Positions 1 through 31,600 of a stretch of DNA of 64,000 nucleotides are shown piece after piece. The stretch's first letter is position 1. Every line of letters starts with the position of its first letter. The notes under the pieces were generated by a model. That model made no database searches. It was not told the origin of the DNA and saw nothing but the letters and a program-made list of their open reading frames with translations. Made by a program: the position numbers and the translations under genes. The stretch is from Macrostomum hystrix (Eukaryota > Animalia > Platyhelminthes), in the NCBI GenBank assembly GCA_950097015.1, contig CATNEN010000003.1:12400001-12464000 (forward strand), read 5' to 3'.

Positions 1-195
1 TCCGGTTTTGGGTTGGTCGCGAATGACAGTGGGGTGGGAGAGATTTGTTATAGGAAAACTTGCAATAAGGGAGTTTTGGCTAGGTGACATTGGGGATGAA
101 AAAGGAATAAAAAATGACAGGAAGACCCACAAGAATTGACAGTGGATTTATTATTAGTGTTATAGAAAACTTATCAGACTTCAGGAGGCTGTCTG

Positions 196-535
196 ATAAG
201 TGGAGTGACAGAGGAGGCTGTGGAGTGACAGAGGAGGCTGTGGTGTAACAGCGGAGACTGTGGAGTGACAGAAGAGGGTGTGGAGTGACTGAGGAGGCTG
301 TGGAGTGACTGTGGAGGCTGTGGAGTGACTGTGGAGGCTGCGGAGTGACAGAGGAGACTGTGGAGTGACAGAGGAGGCTGTGGAGTGACTGAGGAGGCTG
401 CGGAGTGACTGAGGAGGCTGTGGAGTGACTGAGGAAGCTGTGGAGTGACAGAGGAGGCTGTGGAGTGACAGAGGAGGCTGTGGAGTGACTGAGGAGGCTG
501 TGGAGTGACAGAGGAAGCTGTGGAGTGACAGAGTG
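196..535. repeat. Minisatellite, 20-bp unit GGAGTGACAGAGGAGGCTGT
   Basis: Direct tandem periodicity, ~17 copies. Confidence 0.95.
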
Positions 536-1139
536 ATTGAGTGATATCTAAAAGGTGGTACGAGTACAAGAATCTCAAATCTCATAATGTCAAATATACT
601 CGTAGATTGTAATATATTGTACTGTTATTGAAGTAACAAGAACCAAGAAAATTCTTTAAAAAGTATTAACAAACAGATAATAAATCTTTACTGGCAATGT
701 CTACTTAGTCGCTAATGTATTGGAAAATTGATTAATATTAATTTAATAGCCAGTGGAAGAGCGTATTGTCATTGAAATTAGCCAATAATGTAAATCTTTT
801 GCCAGAATTTTTCCAGTCTAGAATTCCCTATCCACTTTAGCTTTCAAGTAGCATTGCTGATGGAGAAGTAGGCGCTTGTATAGCGGTGAATACTGTTTTA
901 AGACTGTGTATTCTGGGATCTACAAATTTAACTGGGAGTTGTAGTGAGTGTGGGGAAATTGGACACGATAGTCTTTAGATAACAATTCCCATCCCAATTC
1001 TCTGCTTCGCTAAAAAAAATTTCCTACCGAAAATGATTTACACTAAAATGCGGCTAATTTACCGTCAACTTTATAAAATGCTCAAATTACTTCTTTATAT
1101 ACCTAATAGAATAGATCGAGAAAAGGTAGAGAGATAACG

Positions 1140-1410
1140 ATAGAGAGAGAAGAGGGCAGAGAGAGAAGAGGGCAGAGAGAGAAGAGGGTAGAGAGAGAAG
1201 AGGGTAGAGAGAAGAGGGCAGAGAGAGAAGAGGGCAGAGAGAGAAGAGGGCAGAGAGAGAAGAGGGTAGAGAGAAGAGGGCAGGGAGAGAAGAGGGCAGG
1301 GAGAGAAGAGGGTAGAGAGAGAAGAGGGCAGAGAGAGAAGAGGGTAGAGAGAAGAGGGCAGAGAGAGAAGAGGGCAGAGAGAGAAGAGGGTAGTGAGAAA
1401 AGAGGGCAGA
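1140..1410. repeat. Purine minisatellite, 16-bp unit GAGGGCAGAGAGAGAA
   Basis: Tandem periodicity; same family as 2892-3691. Confidence 0.95.
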
Positions 1411-1809
1411 GGTAGGTTCGCTACGACAATTTTTCTAGCTATATTTTTTAGCTGCAAATAGTTTTATTTTGAGCTGTGGATGATTTTAAAATTGTAAAAA
1501 ATGACGAAAAATTTTTTTTGGAAATCATAGCGATGTACTTTTAAACTTTGGCTCTAAACAAGTCATTCAGGGCAAAACTCACTGTCGGCCAGCACTGAAC
1601 AGTTCAGGGAGTGAAAATAGCTAAACAAAAAATCGAACGATTTGCAGCTCAATTTGATCGTGACTCTCCACTATTTTCAGAACAATCAGTTTCCACTCTG
1701 GCGTTCGTTTTTCTATTACAGATTGAGCTAAGCCAAATCTTTTAACTGCTGACGAAACCTTATTTGGGTCATTGCGTGCAAAGAGAAAGAGATTGCATAC
1801 AAGCGAAGG

Positions 1810-2340
1810 AAAGATGGGATGGGATTCGAGGGGAAGATGGGATGGGATTTGAGGGGAAGATGGGATGGGATTCGAGGGGAAGATGGGATGGGATTTTAGG
1901 GGAAGATGGGATGGGATTTCCGGGGAAGAGGGGATGGGATTCGAGGGGAAGAGGGGATGGGATTCGAGGGGAAGATGGGATGGGATTTCCGGGGAAGAGG
2001 GGATGGGATTCGAGGGGAAGATGGGATGGGATTCGAGGGGAAGATGGGATGGGATTTCCGGGGAAGAGGGGATGGGATTCGAAGAGAAGAGGGGATGGGA
2101 TTTCCGGGGAAGAGGGGATGGGATTCGATGGGAAGAGGGGATTTGATTTCCGGGGAAGAGGGGATGGGATTCGAGGGGAAGATGGGATGGGATTCGAGGG
2201 GAAGATGGGATGGGATTTCCGGGGAAGAGGGGATGGGATTCGAGGAGAAGATGGGATGGGATTCGAGGGGAAGATGGGATGGGATTTCCGGGGAAGAGGG
2301 GATGGGATGGGATTCGAGATTCGATGGGATTCGATGGGAA
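1810..2340. repeat. G-rich minisatellite, ~23-bp unit ATGGGATGGGATTCGAGGGGAAG
   Basis: Tandem periodicity with alternating variants. Confidence 0.95.
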
Positions 2341-2891
2341 GCGAGTTAAGAGTTTATTCCTACTAATGAGTTACGAAAAGGGAAGAAAAGAAGGTGAGAA
2401 TTAGTAGGAAAATCGCATTCTATCGTCTGATCCGATCAGTCTGTAATCCAAATCCTAAGCCAAAGAAGCGAAAGGAAAATTCTGAGAAACAGCGCTGAAG
2501 AATAAAATTTGAATAATCAGCAGCGGCACGTTATGAAACTTAGCAGCAACTGGGCAAGTGCCTTTGGCTCGAAATTTGAAAGAAAGCCCACTTGTTGCCC
2601 GACCCCCCCTGGAGACACAGGAAGTTTTTTCAGGACAGTAAGTGGACTTGGGACATGCGCCTAGGAGAGATAAGTCCACTAGTCAGGGGTAGGACCTACT
2701 TCTAGTGGATGATGATGGCATAGAATCTTCCTTTCTTGTCATGCTGATAATTAGATTGGAAATTTGCGATTCGAAAACACTTTTTTGCCATGTACTTAGA
2801 AGGCATTTAAAGCAATGCACTTTTATTTTTAGCCGATTTGTCAAACTGATGACGTAAGAGAACTTTTTATTAAGCTCAAAGTTTTTGAATA

Positions 2892-3691
2892 GGGTAGAGA
2901 AGAGGACAGAGAGAGAAAGGGTAGAGAGAGAAGAGGGCAGGGAGAGAAGAGGGCAAGGAGAGAAGAGGGTAGAGAGAAGAGGGTAGAGAGAAGAGGGCAG
3001 AGAGAGAAGAGGGCAGAGAGAGAAGAGGGCAGGGAGAGAAGAGGGCAGAGAGAGAAGAGGGCAGAGAGAGAAGAGGGCAGAGAGAGAAGAAGGCAGGGAG
3101 AGAAGAGGGCAGGGAGAGAAGAGGGCAGGGAGAGAAGAGGGCAGGGAGAGAAGAGGGTAGAGAGAAGAGGGTAGAGAGAAGAGGGCAGAGAGAGAAGAGG
3201 GCAGAGAGAGAAGAGGGCAGGGAGAGAAGAGGGCAGAGAGAGAAGAGGGCAGAGAGAGAAGAGGGCAGAGAGAGAAGAAGGCAGGGAGAGAAGAGGGCAG
3301 GGAGAGAAGAGGGCAGGGAGAGAAGAGGGCAGGGAGAGAAGAGGGTAGAGAGAAGAGGGTAGAGAGAAGAGGGCAGAGAGAGAAGAGGGCAGAGAGAGAA
3401 GAGGGCAGGGAGAGAAGAGGGCAGAGAGAGAAGAGGGCAGAGAGAGAAGAGGGCAGAGAGAGAAGAGGGCAGAGAGAGAAGAGGGCAGGGAGAGAAGAGG
3501 GCAGGGAGAGAAGAGGGCAGGGAGAGAAGAGGGCAGGGAAAGAAGAGGGTAGAGAGAGAACAGGGTAGAGAGAGAAGAGGGTAGAGAGAGAAGAGGGCAG
3601 AGAGAGAAGAGGATAGAGAGAACAGAGTAGAGAGAGAAGAGGCTAGAGAGAGAAGAGGGCAGAGAGAGAAGAGGGCAGAGAGAGAAGAGGG
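2892..3691. repeat. Purine minisatellite, 16-bp unit GAGGGCAGAGAGAGAA
   Basis: ~50 copies, ending ~120 bp before a nAChR exon. Confidence 0.95.
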
Positions 3692-3813
3692 ATTTCTTAG
3701 TGGAATTTGAAGAGTCAGACAGTATGTGAGTGTCCAGACTGGAATAAGATATGGAGAGAAAAGTTTTTATCAAAAATGTCAACAAAAATATTCAAACCTG
3801 TTGCCACCGCCAG

Positions 3814-22007
<18,194 letters not shown>

Positions 22008-22159
22008 TTGGCTTATGCTTTAGCGTCACGTGACCATGGCACTTTAAGTTCGACGACGAAAAATTAGGGACAAAACCAGGCAAAACCAAATCATCTTTGA
22101 TGTCCCCAAATCCTTGAGGGAACGCATCGAAGACTAAAAAATTGACGTCAATCCACGAT

Positions 22160-22595
22160 AGCCTTTCCAAATCCTCGAAGCCATCCCTTAATCCTCGAAG
22201 CCATTCCCAAATCCTCGAAGCCATCCCCAAATCCTCGAAGCCATCCCTTAATCCTCGAAGCTATTCCCAAATCCTTGAAGCCATCCCCAAATCCTTGAAA
22301 CCATCCATTAATCCTCGAAGCCATTCCCAAATCCTCGAAGCCATCCCTTCATCATTGAAGCCATTTCCAAATCCTCGAAGCCATCCATTAATCCTCGAAG
22401 CCATTCCCAAATCCTTGAAGCCATCCCCAAATCCTTGAAGCCATCCCTTAATCCTCGAAGCCATTCCAAAATCCTTGAAGCCATCCCCAAATCCTTGAAG
22501 CCATTCCCAAATACTTGAAGCCATCCCCAAATCCTCGAAGCCATTCCCAAATCCTCGAAACCATTCCCAAATCCTCGAAGCCATTCCCAAATCCC
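22160..22595. repeat. Minisatellite, 20-bp unit AATCCTCGAAGCCATTCCCA
   Basis: ~22 copies, ~150 bp after the nAChR stop. Confidence 0.95.
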
Positions 22596-22674
22596 CAATT
22601 CGTAAACTACGTTTACGAAGGTTGGAATGCTTGTTTGTTTCAAGTATTTTTTGATGCTTTAATTATTATCAACT

Positions 22675-22985
22675 TGTAACAAACGTATCAGATGTACATT
22701 TGTACAAGCGTATCAGATGTACATTTGTACAAGCGTATCAGATGTACATTTGTACAAGCGTATCAGATGTACATTTGTACAAGCGTATCAGATGTACATT
22801 TGTACAAGCGTATCAGATGTACATTTGTACAAGCGTATCAGATGTACATTTGTACAAGCGTATCAGATTTACATTTGTACAAGCGTATCGGATGTTCATT
22901 TGTACAAGCGTATCAGATGTACATTTGTACAAGCGTATCAAATGTACATTTGTACAAGCGTATCAGATGTACATTTGTACAAGTG
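22675..22985. repeat. Minisatellite, 25-bp unit CGTATCAGATGTACATTTGTACAAG
   Basis: ~12 copies. Confidence 0.96.
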
Positions 22986-23340
22986 TATTGAAACCAAAAA
23001 AATGTTAAAACACAACATAAATTTTCAATGTTCAATTTTCAGCGTAAATTTTGTTTGTAATTGAAACAATTGGAACAATTTAATGCGATCTTAGTATTTT
23101 TTATAATCCATAGTTATTAATCTAGTCTATCTCCGCGCAAAGTTTAATTACAAAAAATAGTATGTCATTTTATATCGGCACTACCGAGAACTTGTAGAGT
23201 ACTTCGTAAGCGTATTTTCCATAAAGTCAAACTCACTTTTCATAAAACGTGAAGTGCATTCCAGACTTGTACTTTCATCATTTTGAGCAGTAACTATTAA
23301 GCTCAATAAATTATTTCCTAGCAGTACATAAGTACAAAAA

Positions 23341-24405
23341 TCCCAGAATATTTGGAACATGGATTCCTGAATATTTGGAACTAGGATTCCTGAATATTTG
23401 GGACTGGGATTCCTGAATAGTAGGGACTAGGATTCCTGAATATTTGGGACTGGGATTCCTGAATATTTGGGACTAGGATTCCTGAATATTTGGGACTAGG
23501 ATTCCTGAATAGTAGGGACTAGGATTCCTGAATATTTGGGACTGGGATTCCTGAATATTTGGAACTGGGATTCCTGAATATTTTGGACTAGGATTCCTGA
23601 ATATTTGGGACTAGGATTCCTGAATATTTTGGACTAGGATTCCTGAATATTTTGGACTAGGATTCCTGAATATTTTGGACTAGGATTCTTGAATATTTGG
23701 GACTAGGATTCCTGAATATTTGGGACTGGGATTCCTGAATATTTGGGACTAGGATTCCTGAATACTTGGGACTAGGATTCCTGAATAGTAGGGACTAGGA
23801 TTCCTGAATATTTGGGACTAGGATTCCTGAATAGTAGGGACTAGGATTCCTGAATATTTGGGACTGGGATTCCTGAATATTTGGGACTAGGATTCCTGAA
23901 TATTTGGGACTAGGATTCCTGAATAGTAGGGACTGGGATTCCTGAATATTTGGGACTGGGATTCCTGAATATTTGGAACTGGGATTCCTGAATATTTTGG
24001 ACTAGGATTCCTGAATATTTTGGACTAGGATTCCTGAATATTTTGGACTAGGATTCCTGAATATTTTGGACTAGGATTCTTGAATATTTGGGACTAGGAT
24101 TCCTGAATATTTGGGACTGGGATTCCTGAATATTTGGGACTAGGATTCCTGAATACTTGGGACTAGGATTCCTGAATATTTGGGACTGGGATTCCTGAAT
24201 ATTTGGGACTAGGATTCCTGAATATTTGGGACTGGGATTCCTGAATATTTGGGACTGGGATTCCTGAATATTTGGGACTAGGATTCCTGAATACTTGGGA
24301 CTGGGATTCCTGAATATTTGGGACTAGGATTCCTGAATATTTGGGACTGGGATCGCTGAATATAAGGGACTGGGATTCCTTAATATTAGGGACTGGGATT
24401 CCTTA
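23341..24405. repeat. Minisatellite, 23-bp unit GGGACTAGGATTCCTGAATATTT
   Basis: ~46 copies. Confidence 0.96.
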
Positions 24406-24905
24406 TATAAAGGTATAAAAATCCCTGACAATTTGGGAGCAATATTTTATTATCTTCACCATGAACTTCTAGCACAAGCAGAAGATCACTATTGGACTAA
24501 CAATACACAGTATAAACCCTTTCAGAAAACCCGTACATATTAATAATCGTGAACCGCCCTGGGCGATATGCCATAGCCATATGCGTGCATTATAACAAGC
24601 ATATATGATACAACATTTTTCACACATCAAACGTACCAGCTGTTGGAATTCAATTAGGATGCCAGATATGAGAGTGAGAATACTGTGACAGGAGATGCGT
24701 AGAGAGACAGCAGAAACTTTGACTTCAGGAACCGGGAGGGCAAACTGAAAGCAGAGGCAGTACAGACAACAGAGTACTGTTAGTTTAATAGGCCTAGTTG
24801 CATCGGTGTTTGATGCGTAGGAAGATCTGAAAATAGTACAGCTGCAATCGCGTTTTACTTGTAGATAAAGTGGGAACTTAATCATATCTCGTATTAATTA
24901 ATCAT

Positions 24906-25040
24906 ATTTGAGGATCTGGGAAGATTCTCAGTTTAATTCGAGGATCTGGGAAGATTCTCAGTTTAATTTGAAGATCTGGGAAGATTCTCAGTTTAATTTG
25001 AGAATCTGGGAAGATTCTCAGTTTAATTCGAGGATCTGGA
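24906..25040. repeat. 30-bp tandem repeat, ~4.5 copies
   Basis: AGGATCTGGGAAGATTCTCAGTTTAATT repeated. Confidence 0.9.
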
Positions 25041-25641
25041 AACAAATGAAAATCTAAAAAATGAGAAACAATCAGAACAGTTGAAATAGTCATTTCTAAC
25101 TTTAATATGATTGGAATGGTGCAAATTTCGCTAGTAATTTCTTGCAGTGCTAATAGCAAAGCGTCACAATAATATTGCTATTTTGGCAGTCATAAAAAAC
25201 ATTAACAACGCTAGCATAAAACAGGTAAGTAACGGTTTGAAACTAGCATAAGTCATAAAAAAGTAAATAAGATACTCAACTAAGGAAAAATTACTATTTA
25301 CTATTATTAGCGCAATCCTGCAGTTTTAGTTAGTGAAAGGAATGAAAACGGTTGAAAATATCATCGTTTTAGTTGTCTCTTACTACTAAAAGTAAGACTT
25401 TTGCAACATGTGCGTTAAATTTGGCGTTTAAATTTGCGTTAAATTTCAAATATTTGATGAATGACAAATATGAATAAGTTAGGGTAATTAAGTAAGCCGA
25501 AACTGATGAAGACGTTTCCGATAACTTATTGCATGTCATATTGCGCAGAAATAACTAAACAAATAACAGTTTTTCGATACATATCGGAAAAGTTATTTAG
25601 GATATTTTATTACAGTGCAACTAATAGTAGTTTTATTAAAA

Positions 25642-28600
25642 CTAAATAAAAGTTTCGTCTACTCCTTCTTGACTCGCTTGGCGCCGAGTTGAGCTCGAAC
25701 AACAAGCAGGCAGCAGCGAGTTAGCGTGGCCGCGCCAAGCAACAGCAGCAGCAGCTTGGCATGCCCGGCATAGTTGCCATGCAGCTGCGAACCGGTGGAG
25801 CCAATCAGGATTGCCAGGCCCGAAGCCATCGGCCTTTGTTAGGAAACACAAACAGCGAATTCGCGAGTGTTGTCGATCGACAAGCGGTAAAAAATGAATA
25901 ATTCTATACATATCGGGTAGGCAAGAGGACAAATCTGAGAGTAAGTAGCTAAACATTAAAACTTATAACCTCCTTTATTCCTCTCCTTTATTTTAGTAAA
26001 TTAAAAATTTACATTTGTATAACATTTTACACTATAACTAACTCTCATCCTTCCATTCTTTACTCCCATACTCCCACTCTTCACTCTCATCCTCCCACTC
26101 TTCACTCTCATACTCCCACTCTTTACTCCCATAATCCCACTCTTCACTCTCATACTCCCACTCTTCACTCTCACACTCCCACTCTTCACTCTCATACTCC
26201 CACTCTTCACTCATACTCCCACTCTTCACTCATACTCCCACTCTTCACTCTCATACTCCCACTCTTCACTCTCATACTCCCACTCTTCACTCATACTCCC
26301 ACTCTTCACTCTCATACTCCCACACTTCACTCATACTCCCACTCTTCACTCATACTCCCACTCTTCACTCTCATACTCCCACTCTTCACTCTCATACTCC
26401 CACTCTTCACTCTCATACTCCCACACTTCACTCATACTCCCACTCTTCACTCATACTCCCACTCTTCACTCTCATACTCCCACTCTTCACTCATACTCCC
26501 ACTCTTCACTCTCATACTCCCACTCTTCACTCATACTCCCACTCTTCACTCATACTCCCACTCTTCACTCTCATACTCCCACTCTTCACTCATACTCCCA
26601 CTCTTCACTCTCATACTCCCACTCTTCACTCTCACACTCCCACTCTTCACTCCCATACTCCCACTCTTCACTCTCACACTCCCACTCTTTACTCCCATAA
26701 TCCCACTCTTCACTCCCATACTCCCACTCTTCACTCTCATACTCCCACTCTTCACTCTCATACTCCCACTCTTCACTCCCATACTCCCACTCTTCACTCC
26801 CATACTCCCACTCTTCACTCCCATACTCCCACTCTTCACTCTCATACTCCCAATCTTCACTCTCATACTCCCACTCTTCACTCCCATACTCCCACTCTTC
26901 ACTCTCACACTCCCACTCTTCACTCTCATCCTCCCACTCTTCACTCCCATACTCCCACTCTTCACTCCCATACTCCCACTCTTCACTCCCATACTCCCAC
27001 TCTTCACTCCCATACTCCCACTCTTCACTCCCATACTCCCACTCTTCACTCCCATACTCCCACTCTTCACTCTCATACTCCCACTCTTCACTCATACTCC
27101 CACTCTTCACTCTCATACTCCCACACTTCACTCATACTCCCACTCTTCACTCATACTCCCACTCTTCACTCTCATACTCCCACTCTTCACTCTCATACTC
27201 CCACTCTTCACTCTCATACTCCCACACTTCACTCATACTCCCACTCTTCACTCATACTCCCACTCTTCACTCTCATACTCCCACTCTTCACTCATACTCC
27301 CACTCTTCACTCTCATACTCCCACTCTTCACTCATACTCCCACTCTTCACTCATACTCCCACTCTTCACTCTCATACTCCCACTCTTCACTCATACTCCC
27401 ACTCTTCACTCTCATACTCCCACTCTTCACTCTCACACTCCCACTCTTCACTCCCATACTCCCACTCTTCACTCTCACACTCCCACTCTTTACTCCCATA
27501 ATCCCACTCTTCACTCCCATACTCCCACTCTTCACTCTCATACTCCCACTCTTCACTCTCATACTCCCACTCTTCACTCCCATACTCCCACTCTTCACTC
27601 CCATACTCCCACTCTTCACTCCCATACTCCCACTCTTCACTCTCATACTCCCAATCTTCACTCTCATACTCCCACTCTTCACTCCCATACTCCCACTCTT
27701 CACTCTCACACTCCCACTCTTCACTCTCATCCTCCCACTCTTCACTCCCATACTCCCACTCTTCACTCCCATACTCCCACTCTTCACTCCCATACTCCCA
27801 CTCTTCACTCCCATACTCCCACTCTTCACTCCCATACTCCCACTCTTCACTCCCATACTCCCACTCTTCACTCTCATACTCCCACTCTTCACTCTCATAC
27901 TCCCACTCTTCACTCTCATACTCCCACTCTTCACTCTCTCACTTTCTCACCCTTCACTCTCACTATCTCACCCTTCCCACGCTTTCTCACTTTACCTCAC
28001 TGCTGTCATCCTGAAAAGACAGTTTTCTAATTGTTTCTCACAGGCTCCAGCTAAGCAACCACCTAGGCAACTCACCAGCTAACAGTCAACACGGGAGCAT
28101 AGATGCGCCCACTTCCAAACTGACTGCTCAGAGCGGACTCAATGGCGTAGATCAAAGCGAATGCGATAGCCAGTGTATAGTGCGGATCCGATACTGGCAG
28201 ACTAAGCTGGCCAGATTGCAGAGTCTTAGCCCAAACAAACATTGACGGGCCTGTTAGGCAGGTGAGAACACTGCAGATTGCTGCCAGATTAACAGAGTGA
28301 TTAGCCAGGTTGCGGGTTTCTTGGGCGACCTGGCTGTTAGCGTTAGCCGCTGTGTCACTTGGAGTGTCGATGCGTATTGCTGCTGTCTGACGCGTTGGAG
28401 AAATTTTTTTAATAATATAATATAATTACTTCATAGCATATTGGAGTAGAATAGGGTCTCAGGTGAGTGAGTAGGGTGTCAGGTGAGTGAGTGAGTGAGG
28501 TGTCAGGTGAGTGAGTAGGGTGTCAGTTTAGTGACTAGAGCGTCAGGTGAGTGAGTAAGGTGTCAGATGAGTGATTAGGGTGTCAGGTGAGTGAGTAAGG

Positions 28601-31600
28601 TGTCAGATGAGTGAGTGAGGTGTCAGGTGAGTGACTAGGGTGGCAGGTGAGTGAGTAAGGTGTCAGGTGAGTGAGTGAGTAAGTTGTCAGGTGAGTGAGT
28701 GAGTGAGGTGTCAGGTGAGTGATTAGGGTGTCAGGTGAGTGAGTAAGGTGTCAGGTGAGTGAGTGAGTGAGGTGTCAGGTGAGTGAGTAAGGTGTCAGGT
28801 GAGTGAGTAAGGTGTCAGGTGAGTGAGTGAGTAAGGTTTCAGGTGAGTGAGTGAGGTGTCAGGTGAGTGATTAGGGTGTCCGGTGAGTGAGTAAGGTGTC
28901 AGGTGAGTGAGTAGGCTGTCATGTGAGTGAGTATGGTGTCAGGTGAGTGATTAGGGTGTCAGGTGAGTGATTAGGGTGTCAGGTGAGTGAGTAGGGAGTC
29001 AGGTGAGTGAGTAAGGCGTCAGGCCATACCTTGAGCAGCTGGGTAATAAGCAGGAAGGCGATTCCGGCAGCAGCGCAATGGCACTGGGTCATGTAGAGCG
29101 CCAGAATGCAACCGATGGGAGATAGAAAGTTGGCAAAATTTTTAGCAAACAAAGCCTGCTGCTGCTGCTGCTGCTGCTGAAATTGTCGAGCCAGCAAACT
29201 CCTTGGCGCGCGCAGAAGCAAGCCTAACCAGGCAACAATGACGGCCATAGACAGTAAGATAGCAACAGCCAATGGTAGGGCCAGACAGGCCAAGCTAACC
29301 TGACGAATCAGGCTGCTCAATCTGTTGCCAAAATCAGCGCTAGACGAGTGCGTAGCAACTGTTGACAGGCAAGCCGCTGCGGTTGTCAACAGTGTCAAAC
29401 TGGGATTGGCTAGCAGGTTGCCGTGCAGAGACCGGCTAGTGCCGCTAGGTTGGGCCATAGACGATAGGATTAATGATAGGATCTGAAATAAAAGGCGAAA
29501 TTGACGAGTTGATTGACTTTCGGTTGTTAGCTAGAGAAATCTGTGAAGCCTTTCAGCTTGAATCTTCTTCAAGTAAGAAATAAGATAATAGGCAGAATAA
29601 AGAGTTGGTACCAGAAAGTGCAGTTAGGGCGTCAGAAGATCCAGTATACTGTGTAAAAAAGATCCTGTAGGGTGTCAGACGATCTAGTTAAATTTCAGAC
29701 AATCTGATAGGGCGGCTGCAGACCCAAAATGGTGTCAGATGCCTCAGGAGGGTGTCAGATGCCTCAGGAGGGTGTCAGATGCCTCAGGAGGGTTTCAAAT
29801 GCCACAGAAGGGTGTCAAAAGAATCAGAAGGGTACCAGAAGTTCCAGTACAAGTTGTCAGATGCCCCAGTGTGCTGAGCTCAGTGTGTCAGAAGACTCTG
29901 GAAGGTGTCAGATGCCTTAGCGAGGTGTCAGAAGACTTTGGGGTGTCAGAAGACCTTGTGGTGTCAGAAGACACTGGAGGGTGTCAGAAGACACTGATGG
30001 GTGTCAGAAGACCTAGGAGTATGTCAGAAGACCAAAAAGGATGTCAGAAGGCCTTAGAGGGTGTCAGAAGACACTGGAGGGTGTCACAAGACCCAGGAGT
30101 ATGTCAGAAGACCTAGGAGGGTGTCAGAAGACCTAGGAGGGTGTCAGAAGACGCAACTCACATGCAAACTAGTCCAAGTGGGCACCTCCAGTCCAGCTAG
30201 TCTCAGCAGAGCGGCGCCAAACGCTTGCGGCCTGAACTGTACAGACAGGCGATAATCGCACAGCGGATTAGTGATCACGTGCAGCAGACACGAACTGCCT
30301 CCAACTCCGTCGTCAGTGAGGACGCAGTCAACCAAGCCCAGACTGGCATTCTGATTAAAGTACTGAACCGAGTGTACAAAACCGACGCCATCTTTGACAT
30401 TAGTCTGAGCCTGCTGAGCTAGGCAACCAGGATTTCCAACCAGAGCTCGGCATTTTGTAGCCTCCAACGTAGCCTCGAATCCGTGCCAGAACTGATTAGA
30501 CCAAGCGTGAGAATCGGACAAATCAAAGCTTGAGTAGAGAGTACCCGATGGCAGGCTTATCTCATTGTTCTGGTCGCTAGTTGCATTGTCGGAGGATTTC
30601 AGAGTGGCGAACAATGGCCACGGACTCCATTGGGGTTGAAGATTGCGAGAGGCTGCTGATCTCAATTCGAATAGCAACTCGGTCTGAATTTTAGTCGTTG
30701 GGATATTTGTCTAGAAATTTTCATGGAATAAATCACATCATTGATGCAGTAAAATAATGAACACTAATCTCTCTAATTAACACTAAGATTAATTAAACAC
30801 TGTAGATTAATAATTATCTACAGACAAGAATCCCAATCCTTCTGATCTAGAATCCCAATTATCCTAATTTTCGAATCCCTCTCTCCAAATTGTAATCATC
30901 TTTACCCAAATCCGAATTATTATAATCTAGAAGTCATCGTTCATATCGCGAAATCCAAAACTTACATTTCCCAAAATATCACAATCATTCGTATACCCAA
31001 ATCTCAATTATTATTTACTAATCGTTCCTTAATCTAAAATCCAAATAATCCTAAACCCCTAACCCAATATCCCTAACAACATACCAAAAAATCCCTAATT
31101 CCAAATCTCAATCATCCCTAACCTTATGATCCAATAATCCTAACAAAATATCCCAATCATCCCTAACCTTATGACCCAGTAATCCCTAACAACATATCCA
31201 AAAATCCCTAATTCCGAATCCCAATCATCCCTAACCTTATGACCCAGTAATCCCTAACAACATATCCAAAAATCCCTATTTCCGAATCCCAATCATCCCT
31301 AACCTTATGACCCAGTAATCCCTAACAACATATCCAAAAATCCCTAATTCCGAATCCCAATCATCCCTAACCTTATGACCCAGTAATCCCTAACAACATA
31401 TCCAAAAATCCCTAATTCCGAATCCCAATCATCCCTAACCTTATGACCCAGTAATCCCTAACAACATATCCAAAAATCCCTAATTCCGAATCTCAATCAT
31501 CCCTAACCTTATGACCCAGTAATCCCTAGCAACATATCCAAAAATCCCTAATTCCGAATCCCAATCATCCCTAACCTTATGACCCAGTAATCCCTAACAA

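Noticed and set aside
600-3800. nAChR signal-peptide exon
   Set aside because: No ATG-initiated hydrophobic segment ending in a good donor was found; it probably lies upstream of the window.
24469-24885. 138-aa minus-strand ORF
   Set aside because: No recognisable domain, and no phase-consistent link to the neighbouring genes.
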